Positions 1-9,925 of a DNA stretch of 64,000 nucleotides are shown here, piece by piece. Origin of the DNA: Candidatus Multivoradales bacterium. Lineage in GTDB: Bacteria > Acidobacteriota > Thermoanaerobaculia > Multivoradales > JAHEKO01. The notes beneath the pieces are model-generated. The model ran no database searches. It was not told the DNA's origin and worked only from the letters and a program-made list of their open reading frames with translations. Both the position numbers and the translations under genes were made by a program. The DNA lies in the NCBI GenBank assembly GCA_965248055.1, contig CBDFIJ010000004.1, forward strand, positions 736,001 through 800,000. The letters run 5' to 3'. The stretch's first letter is position 1, and every line of letters starts with the position of its first letter.

Positions 1-600
1 CCAGCCATGCACCGTGATCGGCTGCGGAAGCAAGATAGGGTGCGCGATCGTCTCCCGTCCGCTGTTGACGCCAAACAGTTCAAACGGAACCACCTCGCCA
101 TCCAGCAGGGCAACAATGCCCTTGACTGGCCGAACCCAAGGACCCAACGAGGCTCCCCAACGCATCGACTTGGGCCACTCGATATCGACGATCATCTTGG
201 GAGCCAACGCCGCCAGGATTTCCGCCATCGGTTGGCCGGCAATCTGCTGGATCACCGCCGCGTACTCCCCTTTGGGCGTCTGGCGACGTTCTACCTGATC
301 GACTTCGACCCCACAGCGCTGAGCAAATCCGAGCAACGCCTTGGTTGGCGTCCCATCGTCGACAAAAGCAACGCTGACTGGGGGTCCCAGGACTTCTTCC
401 TGGCGATCCGGCTCGCGGTCGACCAACCCCTGAAGACAAACCACCAAGCGGCGCAACGTGTAGTGACTCTCCACGACTTCAGGCGGAAGCCCACGGGTCA
501 CCAAGTTTTCAAACAACGAAGCGGCCAACCTGCGACTGGCACTCTCCAGCAGACGAGCCGGAATCTCCTCGGTGCGGACTTCCAAGAGGAACTCAGCCAT
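1..600 (-). CDS. glyS: Glycine--tRNA ligase beta subunit (5' part; runs off window)
   Basis: Hand translation from ATG at 600 gives [16 protein letters not shown], a typical GlyS N-terminus; overlaps glyQ stop. Confidence 0.92.
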   Translation of the reverse strand, partial: MAEFLLEVRTEEIPARLLESASRRLAASLFENLVTRGLPPEVVESHYTLRRLVVCLQGLVDREPDRQEEVLGPPVSVAFVDDGTPTKALLGFAQRCGVEVDQVERRQTPKGEYAAVIQQIAGQPMAEILAALAPKMIVDIEWPKSMRWGASLGPWVRPVKGIVALLDGEVVPFELFGVNSGRETIAHPILLPQPITVHGW

Positions 601-1480
601 GCGTCGCACCCTCCTGAATTTCGTCCTGCTCAACGTCGACGCCCTTGCTTACATAAACCTGTGCGCAAGCCACCGAAAGATTGCGCACGCGCTTGATCAC
701 CGCCACCCGTTCGGTCGCTGAAATCGCTCCCCTAGCGTCCAGAACGTTGAATAGATGCGAACAACGCAAGGCGCACTCGTAGGCTGGCAAGACCTGACCG
801 TGCTCTAGACAACGCATCGATTCTTTCTCGCAGCCATCGAACTGCTGCTGCAAGAAGTCGACGTCGGCGATCTCAAAGTAATAATGCGAAGACTCCACCT
901 CATCTTGGTGGCGCACCTGCCCGTAACTGGTTCCGGCCACCCACTCGACGTCGTAAACACTACGATGACGACCGAGAAACATCGCGATTCGTTCAAGTCC
1001 GTAGGTGATCTCAGCAGAGATCGGATTCAGTTCTAGACCGCCAACTTGCTGAAAGTAGGTGAACTGGGTGATTTCCATACCGTCCAGCATCACCTGCCAG
1101 CCGAGGCCCCAGGCTCCCAGCGTCGGCGCCTCCCAGTTGTCTTCTTCAAAGCGCAGATCATGCACGCCAAGATCAATTCCGATCGCTTCTAAGCTCTGGA
1201 CATACACCTGCTGCACATCGGTGGGTGCCGGCTTGAGGATCACTTGCAGTTGGTGATGCTTGCCCAAACGAAAGGGATTGTCTCCGTAGCGGGCATCGGC
1301 GGGTCGACGCGAAGGCTGCACGAAGGCCACCCGCCAAGGCTCGCTGCCCAACACCCGAAGAAAGGTATCTGGGTGCATCGTCCCAGCTCCGACTTCGGTG
1401 TCGTAGGCCTGCTGAATGACACAACCCTGATCTGCCCAATAGGCAGTCAGCCGTTGGATTAATTCCTGGAAATTCAGCAT
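593..1480 (-). CDS. glyQ: Glycine--tRNA ligase alpha subunit
   Basis: [41 protein letters not shown] motifs. Confidence 0.98.
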   Translation of the reverse strand: MLNFQELIQRLTAYWADQGCVIQQAYDTEVGAGTMHPDTFLRVLGSEPWRVAFVQPSRRPADARYGDNPFRLGKHHQLQVILKPAPTDVQQVYVQSLEAIGIDLGVHDLRFEEDNWEAPTLGAWGLGWQVMLDGMEITQFTYFQQVGGLELNPISAEITYGLERIAMFLGRHRSVYDVEWVAGTSYGQVRHQDEVESSHYYFEIADVDFLQQQFDGCEKESMRCLEHGQVLPAYECALRCSHLFNVLDARGAISATERVAVIKRVRNLSVACAQVYVSKGVDVEQDEIQEGATHG

Positions 1481-2223
1481 TAAGGTGTCTCGTGAAGAAT
1501 GTCTTGCAGAACTCGATAACTACGCAATTCGGTGTCGAGGAACCGCCTGCGAATTGTCGCACAAATCGAGTCGACCTCGGATAGCACGTCCGGTGGCCAA
1601 TCGAGGGATGCTAAGTCTTCTGGAGAACGGCGTCGACTCAGGGCGATGAATCCCAACGATTCTCTGGCAATCGCACCGTCTTTCCCCAAACACTGGGAGC
1701 AAACAAAGCCTTGCTCGCGCAGGCTCGCGGTCTCGGTCAACGCGCGTCCACAAGAAGCGCAGGCGCTTGGTTCAACCATAACTCCGGCCAAACGCAATAC
1801 CCATAACTCGAAGTATCGAACCACCGCCTCCCGACTCGCGCCTTCGAGCAAACTGGTCACCACCCGTTCCAGCAGACGGTATAGCTCCGGCGAACTGTCG
1901 CGCTCTTGAGCAAAGGTCTCGGTTTGGTCCGCCAAGTAGGCAGCGTAGAGGATGTCTTCCAATTGTTGATGCAACCCCTCCGCGGGCCGCACTAAGTCGA
2001 GTTCCGAGAAGCGCACCAGATCACTGCTGTCTTTTTCCATCCAACTGGCTTGTACCTTGGCCAGTGGATGTAAGGGCGCGGCGAAGCGACTAAACTTTCG
2101 TTTCGAGCCTTTGGCGACGCCTCGGACTTTGCCGTGTTCCACGGTGAGTATCGAGACGATTCGATCGGTCTCCTGGAGATCCCGGATCGACAGCACCTGG
2201 GCCTCTGCGGTCACCAAGCGCAC
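1480..2223 (-). CDS. recO: DNA repair protein RecO
   Basis: [24 protein letters not shown]-fold and CxxC..CxxC zinc finger; start moved to GTG 2223. Confidence 0.93.
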   Translation of the reverse strand: MRLVTAEAQVLSIRDLQETDRIVSILTVEHGKVRGVAKGSKRKFSRFAAPLHPLAKVQASWMEKDSSDLVRFSELDLVRPAEGLHQQLEDILYAAYLADQTETFAQERDSSPELYRLLERVVTSLLEGASREAVVRYFELWVLRLAGVMVEPSACASCGRALTETASLREQGFVCSQCLGKDGAIARESLGFIALSRRRSPEDLASLDWPPDVLSEVDSICATIRRRFLDTELRSYRVLQDILHETP

Positions 2224-2230
2224 CGAGGAG

Positions 2231-3610
2231 CTACCCCACCAGATAGTGAAGAAAAACGGACGACAGCCCCATGAAGACCAAGATTCCGGTGACGTCATTG
2301 ATGGTGGTGACCATCGGACCAGCCGCAACCGCCGGATCCACGCCCAGCCGTTCAAAGAGCAACGGCAATGCCGAGCCGCTCAAGGATGCGATCATTACCG
2401 CCGACATCAACGACAAACCCACCACCAAGCCGTAGTAGGGATTGCGCTCCAGAAGCACAGCGCCGCCGGCAACCAGCAAAGCACAGACGATCCCGATCGC
2501 GGCTCCGACCTTGACCTGTTGCCAGAGAAACGCGCGCCGACCCTCGCGCGCCTGGACTCGCCCAGTAGCCAGTCCACGCACAGTAATCGTCGAAGCCTGG
2601 GTACCGATATTGCCCGCCATCCCCATCACCACTGGGACAAACCAGATCAGCATCATGCGCTCGCCCATCGAAAGCTGAAACTTCTCCCACAGCAGTCCGG
2701 CAATGGTCAAACCGACCAAATTCACCAGCAGCCAAGGCAGTCGAATTCTGGCCACCTGCCAACTGCGATCTTGATAGAGAAGTTCGTTGTCGGACGAACC
2801 CATCATCTTGAGTAGGTCCTCGTCCGCTTCTTCTTGCAGTACGTCGACCACATCGTCCACCGTGACAATCCCTTCCAGCCGACTCTTGACGTCCACCACT
2901 GGAATCGCCAGCAAGTCGTAGCGGGCAACCAGACGCGCCAGCTCCTCCTGGTCGGTGTTGACGTTGGCGGTGATCACCGATCGCGTCATGATGTCGGCCA
3001 GAGTCTGCTCCGGTCTCGCCAAAAGCAATTGGCGCAACGAAACCACACCCAGCAGATGTTGATCTTCGTCAACCACGTAGACGTAGAAAATCATCTCTGT
3101 GCTGGTGGCCTCGCGCACCGCCTCGACCGCTTGAGCGACGCTTTGCTCTGCCGCCAGAGCGAAGAACTCAGCGTCCATGATCCGCCCGGCCGAGTCTTCG
3201 GCGTAGTCGAGTTGCTCCTGGACCTCGCTCAACTCGCCGATCGATCCACTCTCCAGAATCTCCTCACGCAGAGCGTCAGGCAAATCTTCAACCACCGCGA
3301 CAGCGTCATTGACCGCCATCGACCCCAAGATCGCCGCCACACTCTCTCTCGGCAGGTCCTCAAGCAGCGACAACCTTTCCGAGGGATCCAGAGTGGTCAC
3401 GAACTCGCCAATGCTGTCGGGATAATCGGTGCGCAGAACCTGAAATACAAAGTCCTGCTCTGCAGGCGGCAGGCCTGCCAGCGCCAAGGCTGCGTCTTCC
3501 GGACGAACCTTGTCCAGTAGCCGGGACAAGAGCGCCCGCGCCCGACGTCTGGCTAAACGTCGAACTCGGTCTCTAACGACGCTTGAGCGAGTTTGTGGGG
3601 TCGCTACCAT
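2231..3610 (-). CDS. mgtE: Magnesium transporter MgtE
   Basis: DSAGRIM, CBS pair, GNIGTQ, DPAVAAGPMVTTIND. Confidence 0.95.
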   Translation of the reverse strand: MVATPQTRSSVVRDRVRRLARRRARALLSRLLDKVRPEDAALALAGLPPAEQDFVFQVLRTDYPDSIGEFVTTLDPSERLSLLEDLPRESVAAILGSMAVNDAVAVVEDLPDALREEILESGSIGELSEVQEQLDYAEDSAGRIMDAEFFALAAEQSVAQAVEAVREATSTEMIFYVYVVDEDQHLLGVVSLRQLLLARPEQTLADIMTRSVITANVNTDQEELARLVARYDLLAIPVVDVKSRLEGIVTVDDVVDVLQEEADEDLLKMMGSSDNELLYQDRSWQVARIRLPWLLVNLVGLTIAGLLWEKFQLSMGERMMLIWFVPVVMGMAGNIGTQASTITVRGLATGRVQAREGRRAFLWQQVKVGAAIGIVCALLVAGGAVLLERNPYYGLVVGLSLMSAVMIASLSGSALPLLFERLGVDPAVAAGPMVTTINDVTGILVFMGLSSVFLHYLVG

Positions 3611-3624
3611 CGGCCGATGGTAGC
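3603..3624. promoter_or_regulatory. Perfect 22-bp palindrome GCTACCATCGGCCGATGGTAGC spanning the putative mgtE -10 element and start codon
   Basis: Read directly; minus strand TG-C-TACCAT-N6-ATG. Confidence 0.5.
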
Positions 3625-3693
3625 ACAAAGCCCTTTGAAAGCCACTCGCAAACAGCGACCTAAGTTGCTGACCGTAAAGGATTTATATAGAGT

Positions 3694-4602
3694 CTACCTG
3701 ACACCCGGAAGATCCGGCTCTAGAGAGGAAAGGATGCTCTCCTTTTCCCGCCATCCCGGTTCCACTCTGACGTGTAGGTCCAAGTAGACCTTGGTATCGA
3801 GCAGTTTTTCCAACTCGATGCGTGCCGCGGTGCCGATCTCTCGAACCATTGACCCCCCCTTGCCGATCAAGATCTTTCGATGGTTATCGCGCTCGGCGAG
3901 AATGGTGGCCATGATTCGGGTCAGGTTCCCGTCCCGTTCGACCTGCTCGATGCGCACCGCGGTGGTGAAAGCCAACTCATCGCGGGTATTAGCGAGCATT
4001 TGTTCTCGGATCCGTTCGGCGATTTCATAGTGCAGCTTGAGCTCCGGCTCGCTGTCGGCCGAAAACGCCGGAGGTGCCACCGGCAGGTGGCTGAACAGAA
4101 TCTCTTTGAGTTTCCCCACACCATCGCCGGTCAGCGCACTGAGCGGAATTACATCGCTGACACCCTCAGCGGCAGCGTAGCGCTCGATACGCGGTAGTAG
4201 CCCCGGTTTTGCCGCTCGGTCGACCTTGTTGAGGATTACGATCTTGGGATTGGCGGTCTTGGCCACAGCTTCCAGCAAGTAAGAGTCGCCGCCGCCAAAC
4301 GCCACCGCGGCATCGACCACCAACGCCACCAGATCCGCTCGGCGCAGAGTGTCCTCGGCGATGCGCATCATCTGTCGGTTCATCCGATGCAGCGGACGGT
4401 GAAAGCCTGGGGTATCAAACAACAGTGCTTGTTGTTGTCCCTCGGTTAACACTCCACGCAACAGATGGCGCGTGGTCTGCGGTTTGTCGGAGACAATCGC
4501 CGCCTTGCGGCCCAACAAAGCGTTGAGCAGCGTCGACTTGCCAGCGTTGGGACGTCCGACCAAGGCGACGCTGCCAAACCGAGGTTCAACTGGGTCGGTC
4601 AC
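3694..4602 (-). CDS. era: GTPase Era
   Basis: GRPNAGKST, KPQTTR, DTPG, NKVD, KH domain IGKGG. Confidence 0.97.
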   Translation of the reverse strand: MTDPVEPRFGSVALVGRPNAGKSTLLNALLGRKAAIVSDKPQTTRHLLRGVLTEGQQQALLFDTPGFHRPLHRMNRQMMRIAEDTLRRADLVALVVDAAVAFGGGDSYLLEAVAKTANPKIVILNKVDRAAKPGLLPRIERYAAAEGVSDVIPLSALTGDGVGKLKEILFSHLPVAPPAFSADSEPELKLHYEIAERIREQMLANTRDELAFTTAVRIEQVERDGNLTRIMATILAERDNHRKILIGKGGSMVREIGTAARIELEKLLDTKVYLDLHVRVEPGWREKESILSSLEPDLPGVR

Positions 4603-5158
4603 CGGACGTCCTCCCAGATTGGATAAGCCAACGATCCCGCAAGGACAATTCAAGACGGTTCATTTCTCCGTCATCACTGTCATGGTCGTGACCAAGGCAA
4701 TGGATCAGCCCGTGCAGGATCAGGTACTTCAACTCGGTGTGTAACGAATGTTCTTGTTCTTGGGCCTGCCGTGCGGCGGTATCCAGCGAGATTGCAATGT
4801 CTCCCAGAACGGACTCCGGTGCGGTTGGATCTCCAGGAAAGGACAGTACATCGGTTGCGGTGTCACAACCGCGAAACTGACGATTGAGATCGGCAACTTC
4901 GGTGTCCGCAAGCAAGGCAATGGCAACCGGACCGCCATCTTGAAATTCAGCGGCCAGCAGGGTTGCTAGCCAGACCGCCAAAGCCTCGGGGCCAACGTCT
5001 GAGCGGTAGCCGAGCACAGCCTGAGAAATCCGAATATCCCCGCCCGCGAACGAAAGCTCACTCTGGAGATCTTCTGCGGTGAGATCCCAATCCAAAGAAT
5101 CAGCGCTGCTGCACACGGTTTTGGTTTGGCGGGCACCCGTTGAACGAGCGACGATCAC
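4586..5158 (-). CDS. ybeY: rRNA maturation endonuclease YbeY
   Basis: TDVLSF, GDIAIS, HGLIHCLGHDH; start uncertain. Confidence 0.95.
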   Translation of the reverse strand: MIVARSTGARQTKTVCSSADSLDWDLTAEDLQSELSFAGGDIRISQAVLGYRSDVGPEALAVWLATLLAAEFQDGGPVAIALLADTEVADLNRQFRGCDTATDVLSFPGDPTAPESVLGDIAISLDTAARQAQEQEHSLHTELKYLILHGLIHCLGHDHDSDDGEMNRLELSLRDRWLIQSGRTSGDRPS

Positions 5159-7530
5159 CGCTGCCCTAAATCGGTGTTGCCGTGAGCTGACAGATCGTCG
5201 AGCACTGTCTCTGAGCCTCGATTGCCAGATTGGTCACGCTCGAACTTGAAGCCTGGATACTCCACCCTTCGGTGAAAAATATTCGACAGTAGATAGAAGA
5301 ACGCGTCACGTACCTGACTCAAGTCGGCCAGGGTCAATTGGGTTTCATCCAACTGTCCGTCCTGAACCGCGTCATCGGTGATTCGATCAACCACCGAACG
5401 CAGAGTGTCCAAAGACGGGTCCTGCAAACTGCGGCTGGCTGCCTCAATCCCGTCTGCCAGCATCAGAACCCCCATCACCCGGCTCCTCGGACGGGGGCCC
5501 GGATAGCGAAAGTCAGCTTCCGCCACTTCTCCACCTTGTTCCTGTGCTTTGCGGTAGAAGAAGTTGATCCGACGGGTACCGTGATGCTGTTCGATGCCGT
5601 CGATCAACGGCTGCGGCAAACGATGTTGTCGACCCAGTTTGACGCCGTCTTTGACGTGACTAATGAGAATCAAGGCACTCATGTTGGGCGACAATTGATC
5701 ATGACGATTGCGCTCGCCGGCTTGATTCTCGATGAAGTACTCGGGCCGGTAGGACTTGCCGATGTCGTGGTAAAGGCCGGCGGTATGAGCCAACACGGCA
5801 TCAGCACCGATCGCCTCGCAACCCGCCTTGGCCAGATTTGCCACCATCATCGAGTGCTGAAAGGTACCCGGTGCGTCGAACGCCAAGCGGCGAAGCACCG
5901 GCAAGTTAGTGTTGGAGAGTTCCACCAGACGCAAGTCGGTGGTGATCCCCAACAACGGCTCCAAGATCGGCATGACAAAGCTCGCCGAAGCACCGGCCAA
6001 AAGCCCAGAAGCCAAAGCACAAGTGGCAAACCAGGCCAACTCAGCGAGCGAAGTCTGCTTGTCGGACAAGGTAAACAGCATCAACACCACCGCCACCTGG
6101 GCTGCAGCGATAATCAGCCCCAAGCGCAGCAAGGTGCCCCGGTGCTTGAGTGCAGTCCGTTCGACGGCGAAGGTCGCGGTAAACGATCCAGCAGCGGCGT
6201 AGACCAAGACTTCGAGTCCAGAATTGGTCACCGAAACACCCAGAATTAAGGCGTACACCAACCCCAGTAATCCGCCAATTTCCCGCCGATACAAAAGAGA
6301 TGCTGTTAACGCCAAGCTGGCAACCGGCACACCAAAGGTATAGGCCAGCGAGGAGTTGAACGGAGCGTTAGAACCTCGCATCGCCAAGGCTTCCGCCAAA
6401 ACTAAACCCAAGCGGGTCAGCATCAAGGCCACGGACAAAAGCAACGCCGCTTCACAAAACAGCCGGCGACGCGACTTGGTGGGAAACTCCATGCGTTCCA
6501 GGGCCACCCAAAGCAACCACATCACCAGACTGATCAGCAGAATCCGTCCCAGCAAGATCTTGCCCATCGCCCAGCTCCAGCCACTGGGAGCCAGTTGACC
6601 CAAGGCTTCCGCCGCGGTTGTGCCGATCCGGTCGCCGCGACGCACGATGACTTGTCCGGTGGCAATCTGGCGATAGACCTCAGCCACTTCCTCAGCCGCC
6701 TCCTGTTGGCGTCTCTGGGTTTCGGCTCGGTTAGGAATCCAATTGGGAGAAAGATTCCGCATCATCCAGGCGGTCAGGACAGAGCGATTTTGCGAGCTGA
6801 GGCCGGGCCAAGAACGCTCTCGACCGCGCACGAACTCGGCGACCTCATCCGGGTACTCCCGGACGTCAAACAGGTCGACTACGTGCTGTTCTTGATCGTC
6901 CGAGACGTTGCGTAACTCCACTCCTGTCGACCGGAGTTCCAACAACGAGGCCTTGTTGGCAACCACGCCAGTGGAAAACACATCGCTCGCCAAGCCGCGG
7001 ATCCGGTCCTCCAACTCAGGCGAAAACTCGCGCTCAAAAAATAAATCGATCGCCGCATCGTCACTCTGTAATTGGGCGGCTTGCACCAGTGCCTGGCGGG
7101 CTTCTTCGGTATCTTCAGAACCACTCTCGATAATCCCCCGACCGGCCTCAAAGAGCCGTGCCAGCGAGGCATCCAAATCGCGCTCCAGCGCAAGATCTCG
7201 ATCGTAGACCGGGAGCACTTCATCGCGCGCTTGGCGCCGCCGCGCCGAAGTCGTCTCGCTATCCAGCAGCAGCAGATCCCGGGTCGCCACATAGTCGCGC
7301 GTGGCAATCTCCTCCGCTCCTTGCGCTCTGCGAGCCAGCCCGGTGGCCAATCGAGGATCACTCACAAGCCCGGCAACCAGGACCACCAGCCCCCAAAGCG
7401 CCGGTTGGCGCAACAACTGAGCCCAAATCCGGCCTTGATGCTCCGACAGCTTGGCCAACCAGCCAGAGGTGCCCCCTGTGACCACGCGCACCGTTTGTTT
7501 TCTCTGTTCGGACTTCTTCTGCTCAGCCAT
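5155..7530 (-). CDS. 7TM-HD phosphohydrolase (PgpH-like cyclic di-AMP phosphodiesterase family)
   Basis: Extracellular region, about 7 TM helices, APGTFQHS, YHDIGK, QHHGT, ADGIEAA; located between phoH and ybeY. Confidence 0.88.
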   Translation of the reverse strand: MAEQKKSEQRKQTVRVVTGGTSGWLAKLSEHQGRIWAQLLRQPALWGLVVLVAGLVSDPRLATGLARRAQGAEEIATRDYVATRDLLLLDSETTSARRRQARDEVLPVYDRDLALERDLDASLARLFEAGRGIIESGSEDTEEARQALVQAAQLQSDDAAIDLFFEREFSPELEDRIRGLASDVFSTGVVANKASLLELRSTGVELRNVSDDQEQHVVDLFDVREYPDEVAEFVRGRERSWPGLSSQNRSVLTAWMMRNLSPNWIPNRAETQRRQQEAAEEVAEVYRQIATGQVIVRRGDRIGTTAAEALGQLAPSGWSWAMGKILLGRILLISLVMWLLWVALERMEFPTKSRRRLFCEAALLLSVALMLTRLGLVLAEALAMRGSNAPFNSSLAYTFGVPVASLALTASLLYRREIGGLLGLVYALILGVSVTNSGLEVLVYAAAGSFTATFAVERTALKHRGTLLRLGLIIAAAQVAVVLMLFTLSDKQTSLAELAWFATCALASGLLAGASASFVMPILEPLLGITTDLRLVELSNTNLPVLRRLAFDAPGTFQHSMMVANLAKAGCEAIGADAVLAHTAGLYHDIGKSYRPEYFIENQAGERNRHDQLSPNMSALILISHVKDGVKLGRQHRLPQPLIDGIEQHHGTRRINFFYRKAQEQGGEVAEADFRYPGPRPRSRVMGVLMLADGIEAASRSLQDPSLDTLRSVVDRITDDAVQDGQLDETQLTLADLSQVRDAFFYLLSNIFHRRVEYPGFKFERDQSGNRGSETVLDDLSAHGNTDLGQR

Positions 7531-8491
7531 TGTCATGCGCCTCGTAGGCGTTGATAATCCGCTGCACCAGTCGATGACGCACCACGTCCTGTGGTTCAAA
7601 ATAGAGGAATTCGACCCCTTGGATACCACTCAAGACTCTCTCAGCGTCGCGAAGACCAGAGCGATCAGGCCGCGGTAGATCCACTTGGGTGATATCGCCG
7701 TTGACCACTGCCCTTGAGCCAAACCCGATTCGGGTGAGAAACATCTTCATCTGTTCTGGCGTGGTGTTTTGCGCTTCATCCAAAATTACAAAGCTGTCAT
7801 TCAAGGTGCGACCGCGCATGAAGGCAATCGGTGCCACCTCGATTACACCGCGTTCAATCATCTTACTGACTTGATCGAAGCCGATGATGTCGTAGAGCGC
7901 GTCGTAGAGTGGACGCAGATAAGGGTTGACCTTCTCCACCAGATCTCCGGGCAAGAAACCCAACTTCTCCCCCGCCTCAACCGCGGGGCGAGCCAACACC
8001 AGTCGAGAAATCTGCTTCTCCCTAAGCAAGGCCGCGGCCATCGCCACCGCTAGGTAGGTCTTACCAGTACCCGCTGGTCCGATCGAGACCACCAAGTCGT
8101 TCTCCGCCATCGCTTGCAGGTAGCGGTGTTGGTTAACCGTCCGCGGTCGCACATAACGCCGCGCCGCGTGTACCAAACCGTCACCGAGAAAAACCGACTG
8201 CAGAGACAATCCAGGTTGTTGTTGATGGGTGCTCAACGCGGTAGTGATGTCTTCGTCACGAAATTCGAAACCGGCGGACAAAAGCTGACCCACGCTGGAA
8301 AAGAATTCCACCGCACTGGCCACCGCATCAGCGTTGCCGCCCAGATGCAAGACGCTGCCACGAGCGTTGAGTTCTACCTCCAACTTCTCCTCCAAGAGAC
8401 GTAAGTTACGATCCTTGGGACCGTACAGCGACTCAAGTCCACGGTTGCCGAGATCGACCTCAGCCTGCACCGTGCTGACGGCGGTGGTCAT
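7523..8491 (-). CDS. phoH: PhoH family ATPase
   Basis: GPAGTGKT, RPAVEAGEKLGFLPGD, AFMRGRT, DEAQN. Confidence 0.95.
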   Translation of the reverse strand: MTTAVSTVQAEVDLGNRGLESLYGPKDRNLRLLEEKLEVELNARGSVLHLGGNADAVASAVEFFSSVGQLLSAGFEFRDEDITTALSTHQQQPGLSLQSVFLGDGLVHAARRYVRPRTVNQHRYLQAMAENDLVVSIGPAGTGKTYLAVAMAAALLREKQISRLVLARPAVEAGEKLGFLPGDLVEKVNPYLRPLYDALYDIIGFDQVSKMIERGVIEVAPIAFMRGRTLNDSFVILDEAQNTTPEQMKMFLTRIGFGSRAVVNGDITQVDLPRPDRSGLRDAERVLSGIQGVEFLYFEPQDVVRHRLVQRIINAYEAHDNG

Positions 8492-8529
8492 CGAGCTTGC
8501 CGGTATGCCGAGAAAGCGGTCATCAGAGC

Positions 8530-9384
8530 TTAACGTTGGTAATCATAAAAGCCTCGACCGCTTTTACGCCCCAGACGTCCGGCGGCCACCATCTGCTTGA
8601 GCAAGGGAGGCGGAGCAAACCGCTTCTCGCGATATTCCTCAAACATAATGTTGCCAATGTACAGGGTGGTATCGAGACCGACAAAGTCGAGCAGGGTGAA
8701 TGGCCCCATGGGATAGCCGCAACCCAATTGCATTCCTTTGTCTATGTCTTCGACCGACCCCACGCCCTCTTCCAAAGCACGAATTGCATCGAGCAAGTAA
8801 GGCACCAAGAGTCGATTGACGATGAACCCCGAGTTGTCTTTGCAAGCCACCGGCTGCTTGCCAATCGCCTCGGCGAAGGCATGCGCTGACTCGACGACCT
8901 GGTCCGAGGTCAGGATGGTCTGCACCACTTCGACCAGCTTCATCACCGGAACCGGATTGAAAAAGTGCAGTCCGACAAAGCGCTCCGGCCGCTGGGTCGA
9001 CATCGCCAATTGCGTAATGGTCAGCGAAGAAGTATTGGACGCGTAGATCGCGTCCTCTTTGATCACCTGGTCGACGGCAGCAAAGATTTTCGCCTTTTCG
9101 TCAACGTTCTCGATGATCGCTTCGATCACCAAATCACAATCGGCGAGATCCGCAACCTCGGTGGTGCCCTGAAGTCGGGCCAGCGTCGCGTCGCGGTCCT
9201 CCTCGGAGAGTTTGCCCTTGCCCACAGCACGCTCCAGCGAGCCGCTCAGTTTGGCCATACCCTTGTCGAGAAACTCCTGGTTCACTTCGCGAACCGTGGT
9301 GTCCAGTCCCGCCCGAGCGCAAACTTCGGCGATTCCCGATCCCATCAGCCCACAACCCAATACACCGACCTTGCTAATTTCCAT
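8530..9384 (-). CDS. 3-hydroxybutyryl-CoA dehydrogenase
   Basis: GCGLMGSGIA, SNTSSL, GLHFFNP, GFIVNRLL; RBS AAAGGAG. Confidence 0.93.
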   Translation of the reverse strand: MEISKVGVLGCGLMGSGIAEVCARAGLDTTVREVNQEFLDKGMAKLSGSLERAVGKGKLSEEDRDATLARLQGTTEVADLADCDLVIEAIIENVDEKAKIFAAVDQVIKEDAIYASNTSSLTITQLAMSTQRPERFVGLHFFNPVPVMKLVEVVQTILTSDQVVESAHAFAEAIGKQPVACKDNSGFIVNRLLVPYLLDAIRALEEGVGSVEDIDKGMQLGCGYPMGPFTLLDFVGLDTTLYIGNIMFEEYREKRFAPPPLLKQMVAAGRLGRKSGRGFYDYQR

Positions 9385-9460
9385 CTCTGCTCCTTTTACC
9401 CACCGTGCTGTCAATCTCAGTGGCGGTCTGAGCCGCCGTTTGTCCCACTCTCAGCCTTGA

Positions 9461-9925
9461 TCAGACATCAGTACTGCCCGGTGGTCTTGTTCGTTCAATT
9501 TTGATCTCGCGCTGATCGGCTGCCACCTGTGTGATGCGCACGATCCAAGCATCTTCTGGTTGCCAGCCCAGTCGATCAGCCCATTCCACGATTTTTATCG
9601 CCGGACCAGCCAGTAGCTCATCCATCCCCAGCAACTCTATCTCTTCAGCGTCCAAGCGGTATAGGTCGATGTGAATGACCGTTGGCACTCCCTGCCGATC
9701 GACACGGTATTCGTGGATTAAGGTGTAAGTTGGAGACTGCACCTCCGACCCTGGTACACCATGCGCTTCGGCGAGCCCTTGAGCAAACACTGTCTTCCCA
9801 GAACCCAACTCGCCGTAGAGCAACACCACATCGCCATCGATCAACTGGTTGCCTAGAGTACGGGCGATCTCCAGCGTTCGATCGAGACTGGGAGAGACCA
9901 TCGTTTCGGCTAGAGACTCCGCCAT
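9461..9925 (-). CDS. tsaE: tRNA threonylcarbamoyladenosine biosynthesis ATPase TsaE
   Basis: GELGSGKT, VQSPTY, HIDLYRL, VEW. Confidence 0.95.
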   Translation of the reverse strand: MAESLAETMVSPSLDRTLEIARTLGNQLIDGDVVLLYGELGSGKTVFAQGLAEAHGVPGSEVQSPTYTLIHEYRVDRQGVPTVIHIDLYRLDAEEIELLGMDELLAGPAIKIVEWADRLGWQPEDAWIVRITQVAADQREIKIERTRPPGSTDV

